Source of the DNA: an uncultured Bacilli bacterium
GTDB lineage: Bacteria; Bacillota_I; Bacilli_A; RFN20; CAG-826
Length of the DNA stretch: 64,000 bases
Assembly (NCBI GenBank): GCA_947625975.1
Contig: CANQQL010000001.1
Coordinates: 10,833-74,832 of the forward strand
Direction: 5' to 3'
Position 1 is the stretch's first letter; each line of letters opens with the position of its first letter. Position numbers and translations under genes: made by a program. The notes under the pieces were generated by a model. The model worked only from the letters and a program-made list of their open reading frames with translations, was not told the origin of the DNA and made no database searches. Shown in pieces: positions 9,534-19,383 of this stretch.

Positions 9534-9710
9534 TTAAATAACTATAAAATCCAGTTCTAATCATGGACTGGTTTTTACATTATGTAAAAACTACACTGGG
9601 AATGTGCTTTAAATATGTAATGCTTTGTGATAAAATTAAATCGTAAACTTAATATTATTTTGTATTTATTAATTGAAAAAAAGCACAAAATAGCGTGTGA
9701 AAGGTTAATT

Positions 9711-10430
9711 ATGTTTAGAATAGCAATTATTGAAGATGAAAATAGCGTAGCGGATACATTAAAAGAATATATCAACAGATTCTTTTTAGATGCAAAAAGA
9801 GATTATATTGCTAATCGCTTTGATAATGCTATAAAATTTTTAGATCAATATAAATGTGAATACGATTTAGTTTTAATGGATATAAATTTGCCTGGATTAG
9901 ATGGAATGTCTGCCATTCAAAAATTGCGAGAAAAAGATAAGGAAGTTAAAGTTATTTTTGTGACATCTTTAGCTCAATATGCTATTAAAGGATATGAAGT
10001 TAATGCGTTTGATTTTGTAATTAAACCAGTTAACTATTATAATTTCGCGTTGAAATTAAATAGGGTTATTGAACATTTTGTAGAAGACGATGGTCATGAT
10101 ATTATACTAAAGAATAAATTGGGTTTAGTTAAATTAAATATCAATACAATAAAATATATTGAGGTATCTGATCATAAGTTAATATTCCATACGACAAATG
10201 GCAATTATGAAGAGTATGCCACTTTAAACAAATATTTAGATTTGCTTAAGGATGAATCTTTTTCCTTATGTAATAGATGCTATTTAGTTAATTTACAATA
10301 TGTGAAAAAAATTACTAAAGATACAGTCTATGTCCGAGACGAACAAATTCAAATGTCGCGAAGAAAATATAAAGATTTTATGGAAGATTTAAATAAATAT
10401 CTTGGAAGTGGCGGAAATATAAATGTTTAA
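9711..10430 (+). CDS. LytTR-family response regulator (REC + LytTR DNA-binding domain)
   Basis: MFRIAIIEDE...LVLMDINLPGLDG receiver motifs, with a C-terminal LytTR-like region. Start chosen at ATG 9711 (RBS AAAGG) rather than the track start. Confidence 0.85.
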   Translation: MFRIAIIEDENSVADTLKEYINRFFLDAKRDYIANRFDNAIKFLDQYKCEYDLVLMDINLPGLDGMSAIQKLREKDKEVKVIFVTSLAQYAIKGYEVNAFDFVIKPVNYYNFALKLNRVIEHFVEDDGHDIILKNKLGLVKLNINTIKYIEVSDHKLIFHTTNGNYEEYATLNKYLDLLKDESFSLCNRCYLVNLQYVKKITKDTVYVRDEQIQMSRRKYKDFMEDLNKYLGSGGNINV

Positions 10431-11760
10431 ACTCACACAATTGTTTATTTATAAAATCTTATTTGTCATTGAAATTTTAATTGCAATGCATCTTTTTTCA
10501 TTAAAACTGAAAAAGAAATCTTATCCAGTAGTGCGTTACATTTTATCCATAATTATAACTTTGATAATTGCAGTTTTCTTTCCGATTTTTGATGGATTTT
10601 CTTACACATGGTGGTATTCATCTATCATGTTTCTGTTTTTGTTTATGCTATGTATGGTTACAATGTTTATCATTTATGATTCTTCTTGGCAAAAAATATT
10701 ATTCATATCCCTAACATCTTATTCTATTCAGCATTTATCTCATGAAATATATAATATTGTTTCAATAATGTTAAATTTAACAGATCCAGTAGAATTTGAT
10801 GTCTATGGTTCGGAAATAATTGGTGTCGTTGCTCCAGCTTTCCAATTTGTGATAGTTGTTGCAGTGTTTTTTGTAGTATACTCCATCGCTTTTGTTTTTT
10901 TAAATAAGAAAATTAATGATTATGATGGTGGGAAAATTAATAATTCGGTTATTTTATTTATAAGTTCTTTAATTTTATTTACCGATATTATCTTAAATTC
11001 ATTTGTTATATATATCGAAGAAGAATATAACACTATATATTCATACACTATAGGATTATATAATATACTTTGCTGTTTTATGGTTTTGTTCATACAATTC
11101 AGTGTTATTAGTACTAAAAAAATACAAACCGAATTAGATATAACGCAGCAATTACTGCAAAAATCTGAAGAAAGATATATTCAAAGTAAAGAAAATATTG
11201 ATTTGATAAATTTGAAATGTCATGACTTACGTCATCAAATTAGAGAATATGGTAAAAAAGGTAGTTTGTCGCCAGAATCAATTATGGATTTAGAGCAAAT
11301 GATTAATATCTATGATTCGACTGTAAAAACAGGAAACAAAACATTAGACTTAATTCTTACAGAAAAAAGCTTAATTTGCCAAAAGAAAAATATCAAATTA
11401 ACATGCCTTGCAGATTGTTCTAAATTCAATTTCATTGCGGATTCTGATTTATATTCTCTCTTCGGAAACGCTCTCGACAACGCAATAGAAGCTGTGATGA
11501 AAATAAAAGATAAGGATAAAAGAAGTATTAATTTAATTATAAGAAATATTGAAAATTACATATCTATTTCTATAGAAAACTATTTTGAGGGAAGTATAAA
11601 ACTTAATAATGAAGGACTACCAATTACTACAAAGGGTGATTCTAATTATCACGGATTTGGAATAAAATCTATGAAATATATTGTAGAAAAATATAAAGGA
11701 ACATTATCAATATCATCAAACAAAGATATATATTCCGTGTTTATCTTGTTTGTAATTTAA
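10423..11760 (+). CDS. sensor histidine kinase, AgrC/LytS-like (polytopic N-terminus, GHKL ATPase)
   Basis: 6 N-terminal TM helices, H-box region NLKCHDLRHQ, and ATP-lid GFGIKSMKYIVEKYKGTL. Overlaps the RR gene by 8 nt. Confidence 0.8.
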   Translation: MFKLTQLFIYKILFVIEILIAMHLFSLKLKKKSYPVVRYILSIIITLIIAVFFPIFDGFSYTWWYSSIMFLFLFMLCMVTMFIIYDSSWQKILFISLTSYSIQHLSHEIYNIVSIMLNLTDPVEFDVYGSEIIGVVAPAFQFVIVVAVFFVVYSIAFVFLNKKINDYDGGKINNSVILFISSLILFTDIILNSFVIYIEEEYNTIYSYTIGLYNILCCFMVLFIQFSVISTKKIQTELDITQQLLQKSEERYIQSKENIDLINLKCHDLRHQIREYGKKGSLSPESIMDLEQMINIYDSTVKTGNKTLDLILTEKSLICQKKNIKLTCLADCSKFNFIADSDLYSLFGNALDNAIEAVMKIKDKDKRSINLIIRNIENYISISIENYFEGSIKLNNEGLPITTKGDSNYHGFGIKSMKYIVEKYKGTLSISSNKDIYSVFILFVI

Positions 11761-11786
11761 GAAGTGGTAAAACACTTCTTTTTTTC
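11761..11786 (+). terminator. rho-independent terminator after the histidine kinase gene
   Basis: GAAGTG-gtaaaa-CACTTC followed by TTTTTTT. Confidence 0.5.
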
Positions 11787-11894
11787 ACCACTTGCGAATA
11801 TAGTAAAGCCATGTACGGGCAAATGGTTGTTGTGCAAGTGCTTTCAATTTAAATTGAAAGTACTTAGTTTTCTAAGTGCGAAAGGAAAATTATT

Positions 11895-13058
11895 ATGCGT
11901 AAGTTTTCGATTTTTTGCTTATCTGCTTTTTTGATGCTAGGAGGATGTTTAGTTTCTTGTGACGAAACCGAACCAAGCGTCGTTAGTACTAATAATAGTG
12001 CAAAAGTACGTGAGGGCGATGTTTGCATTGATCTAGTAATTACTCAAATGCCAAAAAAACTCGAATACAAATCAGGTGAGAGATTCTCTCCTTTAGGATT
12101 AAAGTTTGATGCTGTTTATCAAAATGGTTTTGATGGTGATAAAGGACTAGAAGCTGGCGATCTTGATGGATGGACTCCATCTGGACCATTGACTTCAAAT
12201 GATAAGACAGTAAAACTTAAATTTGAGGGATTTGAAAAAGAGATTACTATCTCTGTTGAAGAAAAAGAATTGCTTGGTGTAGAAATAACGCGCGTGCCTG
12301 ATGTTAAGTCGTATTCATTTGGTGATCTTTTAAATTTAACTGGACTCGTTGTTCGTGCAACATATGAAGAAGGAGTTGATGAAAACGAGCAAAATTATGT
12401 AGTAAAAGATAACAAAGGCAAAGTTTATGTAAACGGCACTATTTTAGATGAAGCAAATCCAGAGCTAGAATTATTTGTAAGTGTAACTTCCAAAGGAAAA
12501 ACTTATTCTGATTCCTTTAAAATTGGTGTTTATTCCGGTTTATCTGTTCAAGCAGAAGATATCATCAAAGATGGTAATTTCCCTACAGACAAATCTTATA
12601 CAACTGTAAACGAAGATTATAGTGGATATTATGAATCTAAAGATGATTGCAATTTCACGGGTACTGGCTATATCGGTACAATAGGCAAAAATTTAGAATT
12701 GAACTTCTATATATATTCAAATGTGGAAATTAAAAATGCAAGACTAGTGTTAATTGCCTCCTCTACATGTCAAGGTAATGGAAGGATGGAAGATATGAAG
12801 TTTAATGATTGTTTCTCAGCATTTATTGGAGAAGACAATACAAAACTTAATGTAGATGATAGCGTAGTTATACCTGGTTTAGAATATCCTGCGGAAGGTA
12901 TGGGTAGCAAATGGACCAATTGGGCAGATGCAGAATTTGGCACAATTAACTTAGTAAAAGGATTTAATAAGGTAAGAATTGTGTGTGTAAATACCATCTT
13001 AGATGCATCAAATTATGGTCGTACCCCTAATGTTGATAGATTGGATATAAGATTTTAA
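11895..13058 (+). CDS. lipoprotein with two Ig-like (Big-type) domains and a C-terminal beta-sandwich domain
   Basis: Lipobox GGCLVSC. ITQMPKKLEYKSGERFSPLGLKFDAVYQNG and EITRVPDVKSYSFGDLLNLTGLVVRATYEEG match the bacterial Ig-like domain pattern. Confidence 0.65.
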   Translation: MRKFSIFCLSAFLMLGGCLVSCDETEPSVVSTNNSAKVREGDVCIDLVITQMPKKLEYKSGERFSPLGLKFDAVYQNGFDGDKGLEAGDLDGWTPSGPLTSNDKTVKLKFEGFEKEITISVEEKELLGVEITRVPDVKSYSFGDLLNLTGLVVRATYEEGVDENEQNYVVKDNKGKVYVNGTILDEANPELELFVSVTSKGKTYSDSFKIGVYSGLSVQAEDIIKDGNFPTDKSYTTVNEDYSGYYESKDDCNFTGTGYIGTIGKNLELNFYIYSNVEIKNARLVLIASSTCQGNGRMEDMKFNDCFSAFIGEDNTKLNVDDSVVIPGLEYPAEGMGSKWTNWADAEFGTINLVKGFNKVRIVCVNTILDASNYGRTPNVDRLDIRF

Positions 13059-13072
13059 TAAGAGGTAAAATT

Positions 13073-16000
13073 ATGAAAAAAAAGGGTAAGATTATATCAA
13101 TTGCTGCCATATCTTTAATTGCCACAACAATTGTTGTTGGCGATATTTTTGCTGCAAAATACCGCACAATTATTTCCACATTTTTTGGATTAACTGAACA
13201 AATTGAAGGCGACGCAGACAAAGTAGAAGAAGGCGCTAAAAGTGGTGATGGAGTAGTTAGAAAAATTGCTAATGAGGGTGTAGTTTTATTAAAAAACGAG
13301 TTAAATAGTGATGGAGTACAAACTTTACCACTTCCGAAATCTACGAAAAATATAAACATTTTTGGGTGGGGTGCTACAAACGATGGCTTCCTTTTAGCAG
13401 GTAATGGTTCTGGTAAATCTATTTCTCACGAAGATAACAAAGTGACACTATTACAAGCTTTTGAAAAAGAAGGATTAAGTTATAATAAAGAAATTATTGA
13501 AATATACGAAAAACATTGTTCTAAACCTAAAGATTGGGGAGAAACTCAAGAATGGGCATACCGTAACAATACTGAATTAAAAGAACCAGTGACAAATAAA
13601 GCTTTTTCAAACGAAGTTATAAATCGTGCTAAAGAGTTTTCTGATACAGCTGTTGTTGTTTTGTCACGTTATAGTGGAGAATATGTTGGTCGTATTGCAA
13701 CATACCAAGACAAACAAGGCTTGCCAAGAGATGAAACAAGATCTTTTAGTGAGATAACTACGGAAGAAGAAACATTATTAAAAATGTGTACAAGCAATTT
13801 TAAAAATGTTATTGTCGTATTTAATTCTGGTTCAACGATGAAAATGTCATTTTTAGATGATGTTGATAAAGTAGGGAAAATAGGTGCGGCTTTAAATGTT
13901 GGATATGTTGGTCAATCTGGCTCAAGCGCTATTCCTAAAATATTATTTGGTGATGTAAATCCATCTGGCAAAATGGCAGATACCGTTGCATTTAACCCAG
14001 AAAGAGATGAAATAACACGTGTCAATTGTAAAAGTGGATCAAATGATATCGTTTATGCCGAAGATATTTATATGGGATATAAGTGGTATGAGACCGCGGA
14101 TAAAGAAGGATATTGGAATCAGTATGGTGGATATAACAAAGTAGTGCAATTCCCATTTGGTTATGGCTTAAGCTACACAAAATTTGATTGGGAAATAGAA
14201 TCTGTTAGTTTAGAATCGGGAAGTTATTTAGATAAAGAAAGTGAAATTGAAATACAAGTTAAAGTTACTAATACTGGTAGTGTTGCTGGAAAAGATGTCA
14301 TCGAATTATATTATAGCGCTCCTTACACTAAAGGGGGAATTGAAAAGTCTGCAATTAATTTATTAGATTTTGCAAAAACTCCACTTTTAGAACCTTCAGA
14401 ATCTGCAACAGTTACATTTAAAGTGACACCTTATGATATGGCAAGTTATGATGCTTATTCCAAAAACGAAAATGGACTAACTGGATGGGAACTGGATGCC
14501 GGTCAATATCAGTTAAAACTTATGACAGATTCGCATCATCTAAAAGATATGCAAAACAATACTTTAAATTATAATGTTGATTATATTTTAAGGTATAATA
14601 AAGATCCACACACTAATGGAAGAATTAAAAATCGTTTTACAGGTGAAACTGCGTATGGTGAATTACCACTTGATGGCTCAACTTTAAATGCTCAAGATGG
14701 AAAACCTTGGACTTATCTATCACGTGGCGATATTCAAAATACTATTCCTAAAGTTCGCTCAAAATCTGCAAGTAGTGACTCTTTAGCACCGTATATTGGT
14801 TATAAAAATAGCAGTTTTGATGATATATATACAAGTTTACCAACAATGGGTCAAGAAAATAACTTGCGTTTAGTAACAAAATCTGATGGTAGTTTTGTTT
14901 CTAAAGAAGAATTCGAAGGGATAGTTACTGGTGATTTTACTTTAGTATATAATGATGATTTGCTTTTTGAACTTGCGGAAAATTTCGATAGTGAAAAATG
15001 GGATTTATTGTTAAATCAATTAACAGTTAATGACATGCGTGCCTTAGTAGAAGGTAGTGGCTATAAAACACAAGCAGCCGAAAGTGTTGGAAAACCTATG
15101 TATCTTGAATATGACGGACCATCAGGTTTTAATAGAACAAATATGTCACCTAATGTTCCTGGTTCAAGAATGACGGCATTCCCTGCACAAAATCTTGTTG
15201 CTCAAACATGGAACAAAGAATTAGCGTATCAAATGGGGCAAATTGTTGGTATAGACGGCAACAACTTTGGTATTAATGGAATTTATGCTCCTACTGTTAA
15301 TTTGCATCGCGAAATGCTAAATGAAAGAAATTATGAGTGTTATTCTGAAGATCCTATTGTATCTGGCTATATGGCAGCATCATTTATAAGAGGTGCTGCA
15401 AGTAATAACGTATACTGTTATTTGAAACATTTATGCCTCTATGACGCTAGCCCTTATACTGATATTCGTATTTGGCTTACTGAACAAAACTTTAGAGAAA
15501 ACTATTTAAAACCTTTTGAAATTGCAATAAAAAAAGGTGGAGCAAATGGTTTAATGGCTTCTTTTAATAAAATTGGTGCTACTTGGGCGGGATCAAATGA
15601 TGCAATGATTAATGGTATTATTCGCACTGAATTTGGTTTTAAAGGAACAGTTATTACTGACTGGTCAGATGGATCTAATCCTGTTATGGATATTCATGCG
15701 GGTTTACGTGGTGGTTTAAATACACAATTAAATCCTAATTACCCAACAAATACTGGTAAGTATGGAATTGTTGATTTCACTAATCCAGTAGAGGCAAATC
15801 TTGCTAGAGAATCTGCTAAATCAATTTTATATACATCATGTAATACGTATTATCGCGCAAAACATAACATTGATGTTAATGAATACACAGTTGATGTAAA
15901 CGGACCACAAGCAATTAAAAAAGGGTTTGAATGGTGGATACCAACACTTATTGCATTAGAGGTAGTTATTTTTGGCGCATTAGGATATTGGCTATATAGA

Positions 16001-16213
16001 GTTTTAAGAAAACAAAAATTTAAAAAACTTGAAAATTATGATATAAATAATAACCATTCTACAAATACTCCAGCATTTAAAGAAAAAGTCAAAAAAGCGA
16101 AGCACAAAAATGATGCGGAAATGGAAGAGGAAATACGTGGAGAAATAGAAAAACTAAAAGCACGTTTAAACGAATTAACAGACACGATATCACAAAAAGA
16201 TGAGAAATATTAA
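13073..16213 (+). CDS. GH3-family glycoside hydrolase, paralog B (same double-anchored, permuted architecture)
   Basis: VQFPFGYGLSYTKFDW near residue 365. NERNYECYSEDP, KHL and FGFKGTVITDW lie C-terminal. TM segment WWIPTLIALEVVIFGALGYWLY plus a KKAKHKNDAEMEEEIRGEIEKLKARLNELT tail. Confidence 0.85.
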   Translation: MKKKGKIISIAAISLIATTIVVGDIFAAKYRTIISTFFGLTEQIEGDADKVEEGAKSGDGVVRKIANEGVVLLKNELNSDGVQTLPLPKSTKNINIFGWGATNDGFLLAGNGSGKSISHEDNKVTLLQAFEKEGLSYNKEIIEIYEKHCSKPKDWGETQEWAYRNNTELKEPVTNKAFSNEVINRAKEFSDTAVVVLSRYSGEYVGRIATYQDKQGLPRDETRSFSEITTEEETLLKMCTSNFKNVIVVFNSGSTMKMSFLDDVDKVGKIGAALNVGYVGQSGSSAIPKILFGDVNPSGKMADTVAFNPERDEITRVNCKSGSNDIVYAEDIYMGYKWYETADKEGYWNQYGGYNKVVQFPFGYGLSYTKFDWEIESVSLESGSYLDKESEIEIQVKVTNTGSVAGKDVIELYYSAPYTKGGIEKSAINLLDFAKTPLLEPSESATVTFKVTPYDMASYDAYSKNENGLTGWELDAGQYQLKLMTDSHHLKDMQNNTLNYNVDYILRYNKDPHTNGRIKNRFTGETAYGELPLDGSTLNAQDGKPWTYLSRGDIQNTIPKVRSKSASSDSLAPYIGYKNSSFDDIYTSLPTMGQENNLRLVTKSDGSFVSKEEFEGIVTGDFTLVYNDDLLFELAENFDSEKWDLLLNQLTVNDMRALVEGSGYKTQAAESVGKPMYLEYDGPSGFNRTNMSPNVPGSRMTAFPAQNLVAQTWNKELAYQMGQIVGIDGNNFGINGIYAPTVNLHREMLNERNYECYSEDPIVSGYMAASFIRGAASNNVYCYLKHLCLYDASPYTDIRIWLTEQNFRENYLKPFEIAIKKGGANGLMASFNKIGATWAGSNDAMINGIIRTEFGFKGTVITDWSDGSNPVMDIHAGLRGGLNTQLNPNYPTNTGKYGIVDFTNPVEANLARESAKSILYTSCNTYYRAKHNIDVNEYTVDVNGPQAIKKGFEWWIPTLIALEVVIFGALGYWLYRVLRKQKFKKLENYDINNNHSTNTPAFKEKVKKAKHKNDAEMEEEIRGEIEKLKARLNELTDTISQKDEKY

Positions 16214-16463
16214 AGATGTCAAAGAAAATAATGTGATAGAAATTGAGGATACAAAAGAAGCTGAAAAAGTAGAAAATAAAGAACCTAGTGAAATAGTTAA
16301 AAAAAATAAAGATGGTAAATGGCAAATTAAACTAGCAACTGGCGAAAGAGCAATTAAGCTCTTTGACAAACAAAGAGATGCCATTGAATACGCTAAAAAT
16401 TTAATGGAAACACAAGGTGGATCAATTCGTATCCATTCCCTTAAAGGAAAAATTAGGAAATAG
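16200..16463 (+). CDS. DUF2188-like small protein (87 aa)
   Basis: KDGKWQIKLATGERAIKLFDKQRDAIEYAKNLMETQGGSIRIHSLKGKI fits the DUF2188 pattern. The start overlaps the last 14 nt of GH3 paralog B. Confidence 0.5.
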   Translation: MRNIKDVKENNVIEIEDTKEAEKVENKEPSEIVKKNKDGKWQIKLATGERAIKLFDKQRDAIEYAKNLMETQGGSIRIHSLKGKIRK

Positions 16464-16490
16464 TAATATCGTTTTATATATCCTCCTTAA

Positions 16491-16538
16491 CCCCAACAAT
16501 CAGATGGAATCCAAAAGGATTGTTGGGGCATTTTATTT
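16491..16538 (+). terminator. rho-independent terminator
   Basis: 11-bp perfect stem CCCCAACAATC...GATTGTTGGGG followed by TTTTATTT. Confidence 0.65.
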
Positions 16539-16716
16539 ACTTAAAATTGTTTTAATTATATTTAATTAAAAACATCGCTAACCATTTACGAATAAAGTCA
16601 CACCATATACGTTTAATTTATAGCGGATGAAACTGCTTTCATTTATTTTATAAATGGATTATGACGATATTACAAATTAGTTTCTAAAATGTATCGAAAA
16701 TAAAGGAGAAAAGTTT

Positions 16717-19371
16717 ATGAAAAGTACATGGAAAAAATTGTTAATTGGATTAGCATTAGGTGCTATAGCAATTCCTGGTGCATCTATAAGTAATGGTGCC
16801 AAATTAAGTGAAGAAGCAAAAGATTTGCTTAATGATGGATCAAGCAAACATTTTAAAAACGCCATTCAAGTTGGTAGTAGTGATGTTTTGGATGTTTCAC
16901 CTATGTTTGTGCAATACGGAAAAAATAGTGAGCAAAAAGATTGCTTGAGATTTGCGGTTGCTTTAACTGGTGAAATCAAAAATATTAAATTTGTTAGAAG
17001 TGCATTTGATGGTGCTTTAGAAAACACAAAAATTGTAGACACAGTATACAAAGGAATACTTTCAAATGGAGAAACTGTATATTATAACCCTGCTGCAGGG
17101 ACAAAAAATGGTTTAACAAATGATATTGGTTATGCTGGCGAATATCTATGGGCTTGCTATACAATCAAGTTTGAATCTGATACATACAAATCCCAAAATT
17201 TAGAAGTAACTATTTTTGTTGATGGTGAAGAAAAAACTAGTAGGACAGCAAGTCTAGAAAATGTTAAAGCTGGTAATAGTGACGAAGTAGAGAAAGTTGA
17301 TTTAGATAAAAAATATGGTGAATTTACTCAATATGATTTATTAGATGGAGTTAGTTCAAATTCAATGATATTTGATTATAACAATAGAGGATATCGTTAT
17401 GAAACCGAATCTAGCTTGGTAAACAAAACTTCTGGTAATCTTGAAAATTCAAATAATAAGAGCATATCTGGTGATGGAGACTGGGGAAGTATTCACAATG
17501 GTGCAAACATTACATATACTATTGAATCTGATGAAGATAGAGATGCTCTTTTAGTGGCAAGTATAGCTAGAGATGGTGAAGCAGTTAATGCTACAGAAAT
17601 GATGACTGTTACATATGGCACAGATTTAGAGAACTTAAATAAAACAATTGATCTTTCTAGTCGTCAATTTACATTCTTAAAGGGATGGACAAGATTTAGA
17701 CTATTTACAATTGGCGAAGTTCATTTAAAAAAAGGCGCAAACTACATCAACTTTACTACTGGTGCAACTGGCTGTAACTATGACTATATTGGCTTAGTAA
17801 GACCATGGAATGATGAGGTTGACGTAGCAAATAAACCGATAGATTATATGAAGAAATATGGAACTTTCGCAAAAGATTTGATGATTGATGGAAGTGATAC
17901 AAAAGAATTCTCTACATCCGAAGCTGGTTACTTCTATGAAGCAGAAAAAGCAAATTTTTATGGCGTAAATGGCATTGGCACAGAAGATAATTCTAGTGCA
18001 TCTAATGGAAAAGTTGTCAATAGATTTAGATATGGTGATCATATTCAATTTGAAATTAATTCAAATGAGAAAGCAACTGTTGGACTTGTTTTATCAATGT
18101 CAACAGAAGCTGGACCAACATTCCAATACGATGATGCATTGACAATTCGTTATGGAACAAGTTCTAGCAATTTGGATAAAGTAGTTACCAACTTTAATAA
18201 AGACGGAAATCTTTTGGGTAGTGGATTTAAAAACTGTAGAGTACATACAATTTGTGAAGTTACATTAGAAAAAGGCGTTAACTATATTGATTTACAAAGT
18301 CGTGATGCATTCAATGTTGACTATATGGCATTAGTTAATGAACAAGAAGAAACTGCAAATATTTATGAAAAATACACACCATATGATAAAGAATTATTAA
18401 TAGATGGTAGTGAAAAAGATAGCGATAACGCCATGACATATAACTCAAATGAGTTAGGTTACTATTATGAAGCAGAAAAAACAGATGTTGATGGCGGGGT
18501 AACAATTGAATCTGGTTGTATTAAAAAATTTAATTCTGTAACAGCAACTGTCACACTTACTATTAAAGCTGATAAAGATTGTGAAGCCTTATTAACTATG
18601 GCAGCAACAAGGTGGAACGATAACACAATTCTATTAAGCAATGTATTGACTGCTTATTATGGAACAGATTTAAATAATTTAAAAAAGAGCGTGAATACAG
18701 AAGAAAGGTGGATGAATAATCATTCTAACTGGGATGGTAATTTTGTAAATTACTCAATAGGCGAAGTTAAATTAAAAGCGGGTATTAACTACATTAAGTT
18801 AGTTGGTGTTGCTAATAGCGGTGGTATTAATATTGATTACTTCACTCTTGTTTCGCCTGCTAATAAGTCTTTGAATTCTATATACGAATATGATTCATCT
18901 GTAAAACAAAATGGATTAGTCGATGGCACAAGCAATATGACATTCGACTTAAATAATAAAGGATATTTCTATGAAATAGAAAATGCAGCGTTATCTTCAG
19001 GAATTGGATCTGAATCTGGAAATTCGTTATCTGGAGGAAAAGGTATTGGTAGTTTCCAATATGGAAGAACTGCAATGTTCACCATTGAATCTAATACTGA
19101 TACAGATGTTCTTGTATATATGGCAATTGCTGAGGGAAATTATGAATTACAAATGTGCAATGCTTTCTCATTAAGATATGGAACAACAGCTGAAGCATTA
19201 GATGGCCAAGCATATATGGGTAATACTTTAATTGCTAAAAATGGGTGGAGCAGTTATTCTGAATATATGGTTGGCGAAATCCATTTATCACAAGGAACAA
19301 ACTATATCTTACTAACATCAAAAATCCCAGTTAACTTAGATTATATGTGTTTAATTGCACCTAATGCATAA
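16717..19371 (+). CDS. secreted protein (884 aa): N-terminal domain plus five tandem CBM6/CBM35-like repeats
   Basis: Signal peptide MKSTWKKLLIGLALGAIAIPGA. Contains repeated ...GY(R/F/Y)YEAE..., GE(V/I)HL..G.NYI and N.DY..LV blocks. Confidence 0.7.
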   Translation: MKSTWKKLLIGLALGAIAIPGASISNGAKLSEEAKDLLNDGSSKHFKNAIQVGSSDVLDVSPMFVQYGKNSEQKDCLRFAVALTGEIKNIKFVRSAFDGALENTKIVDTVYKGILSNGETVYYNPAAGTKNGLTNDIGYAGEYLWACYTIKFESDTYKSQNLEVTIFVDGEEKTSRTASLENVKAGNSDEVEKVDLDKKYGEFTQYDLLDGVSSNSMIFDYNNRGYRYETESSLVNKTSGNLENSNNKSISGDGDWGSIHNGANITYTIESDEDRDALLVASIARDGEAVNATEMMTVTYGTDLENLNKTIDLSSRQFTFLKGWTRFRLFTIGEVHLKKGANYINFTTGATGCNYDYIGLVRPWNDEVDVANKPIDYMKKYGTFAKDLMIDGSDTKEFSTSEAGYFYEAEKANFYGVNGIGTEDNSSASNGKVVNRFRYGDHIQFEINSNEKATVGLVLSMSTEAGPTFQYDDALTIRYGTSSSNLDKVVTNFNKDGNLLGSGFKNCRVHTICEVTLEKGVNYIDLQSRDAFNVDYMALVNEQEETANIYEKYTPYDKELLIDGSEKDSDNAMTYNSNELGYYYEAEKTDVDGGVTIESGCIKKFNSVTATVTLTIKADKDCEALLTMAATRWNDNTILLSNVLTAYYGTDLNNLKKSVNTEERWMNNHSNWDGNFVNYSIGEVKLKAGINYIKLVGVANSGGINIDYFTLVSPANKSLNSIYEYDSSVKQNGLVDGTSNMTFDLNNKGYFYEIENAALSSGIGSESGNSLSGGKGIGSFQYGRTAMFTIESNTDTDVLVYMAIAEGNYELQMCNAFSLRYGTTAEALDGQAYMGNTLIAKNGWSSYSEYMVGEIHLSQGTNYILLTSKIPVNLDYMCLIAPNA

Positions 19372-19383
19372 AGGTAATTAAAT

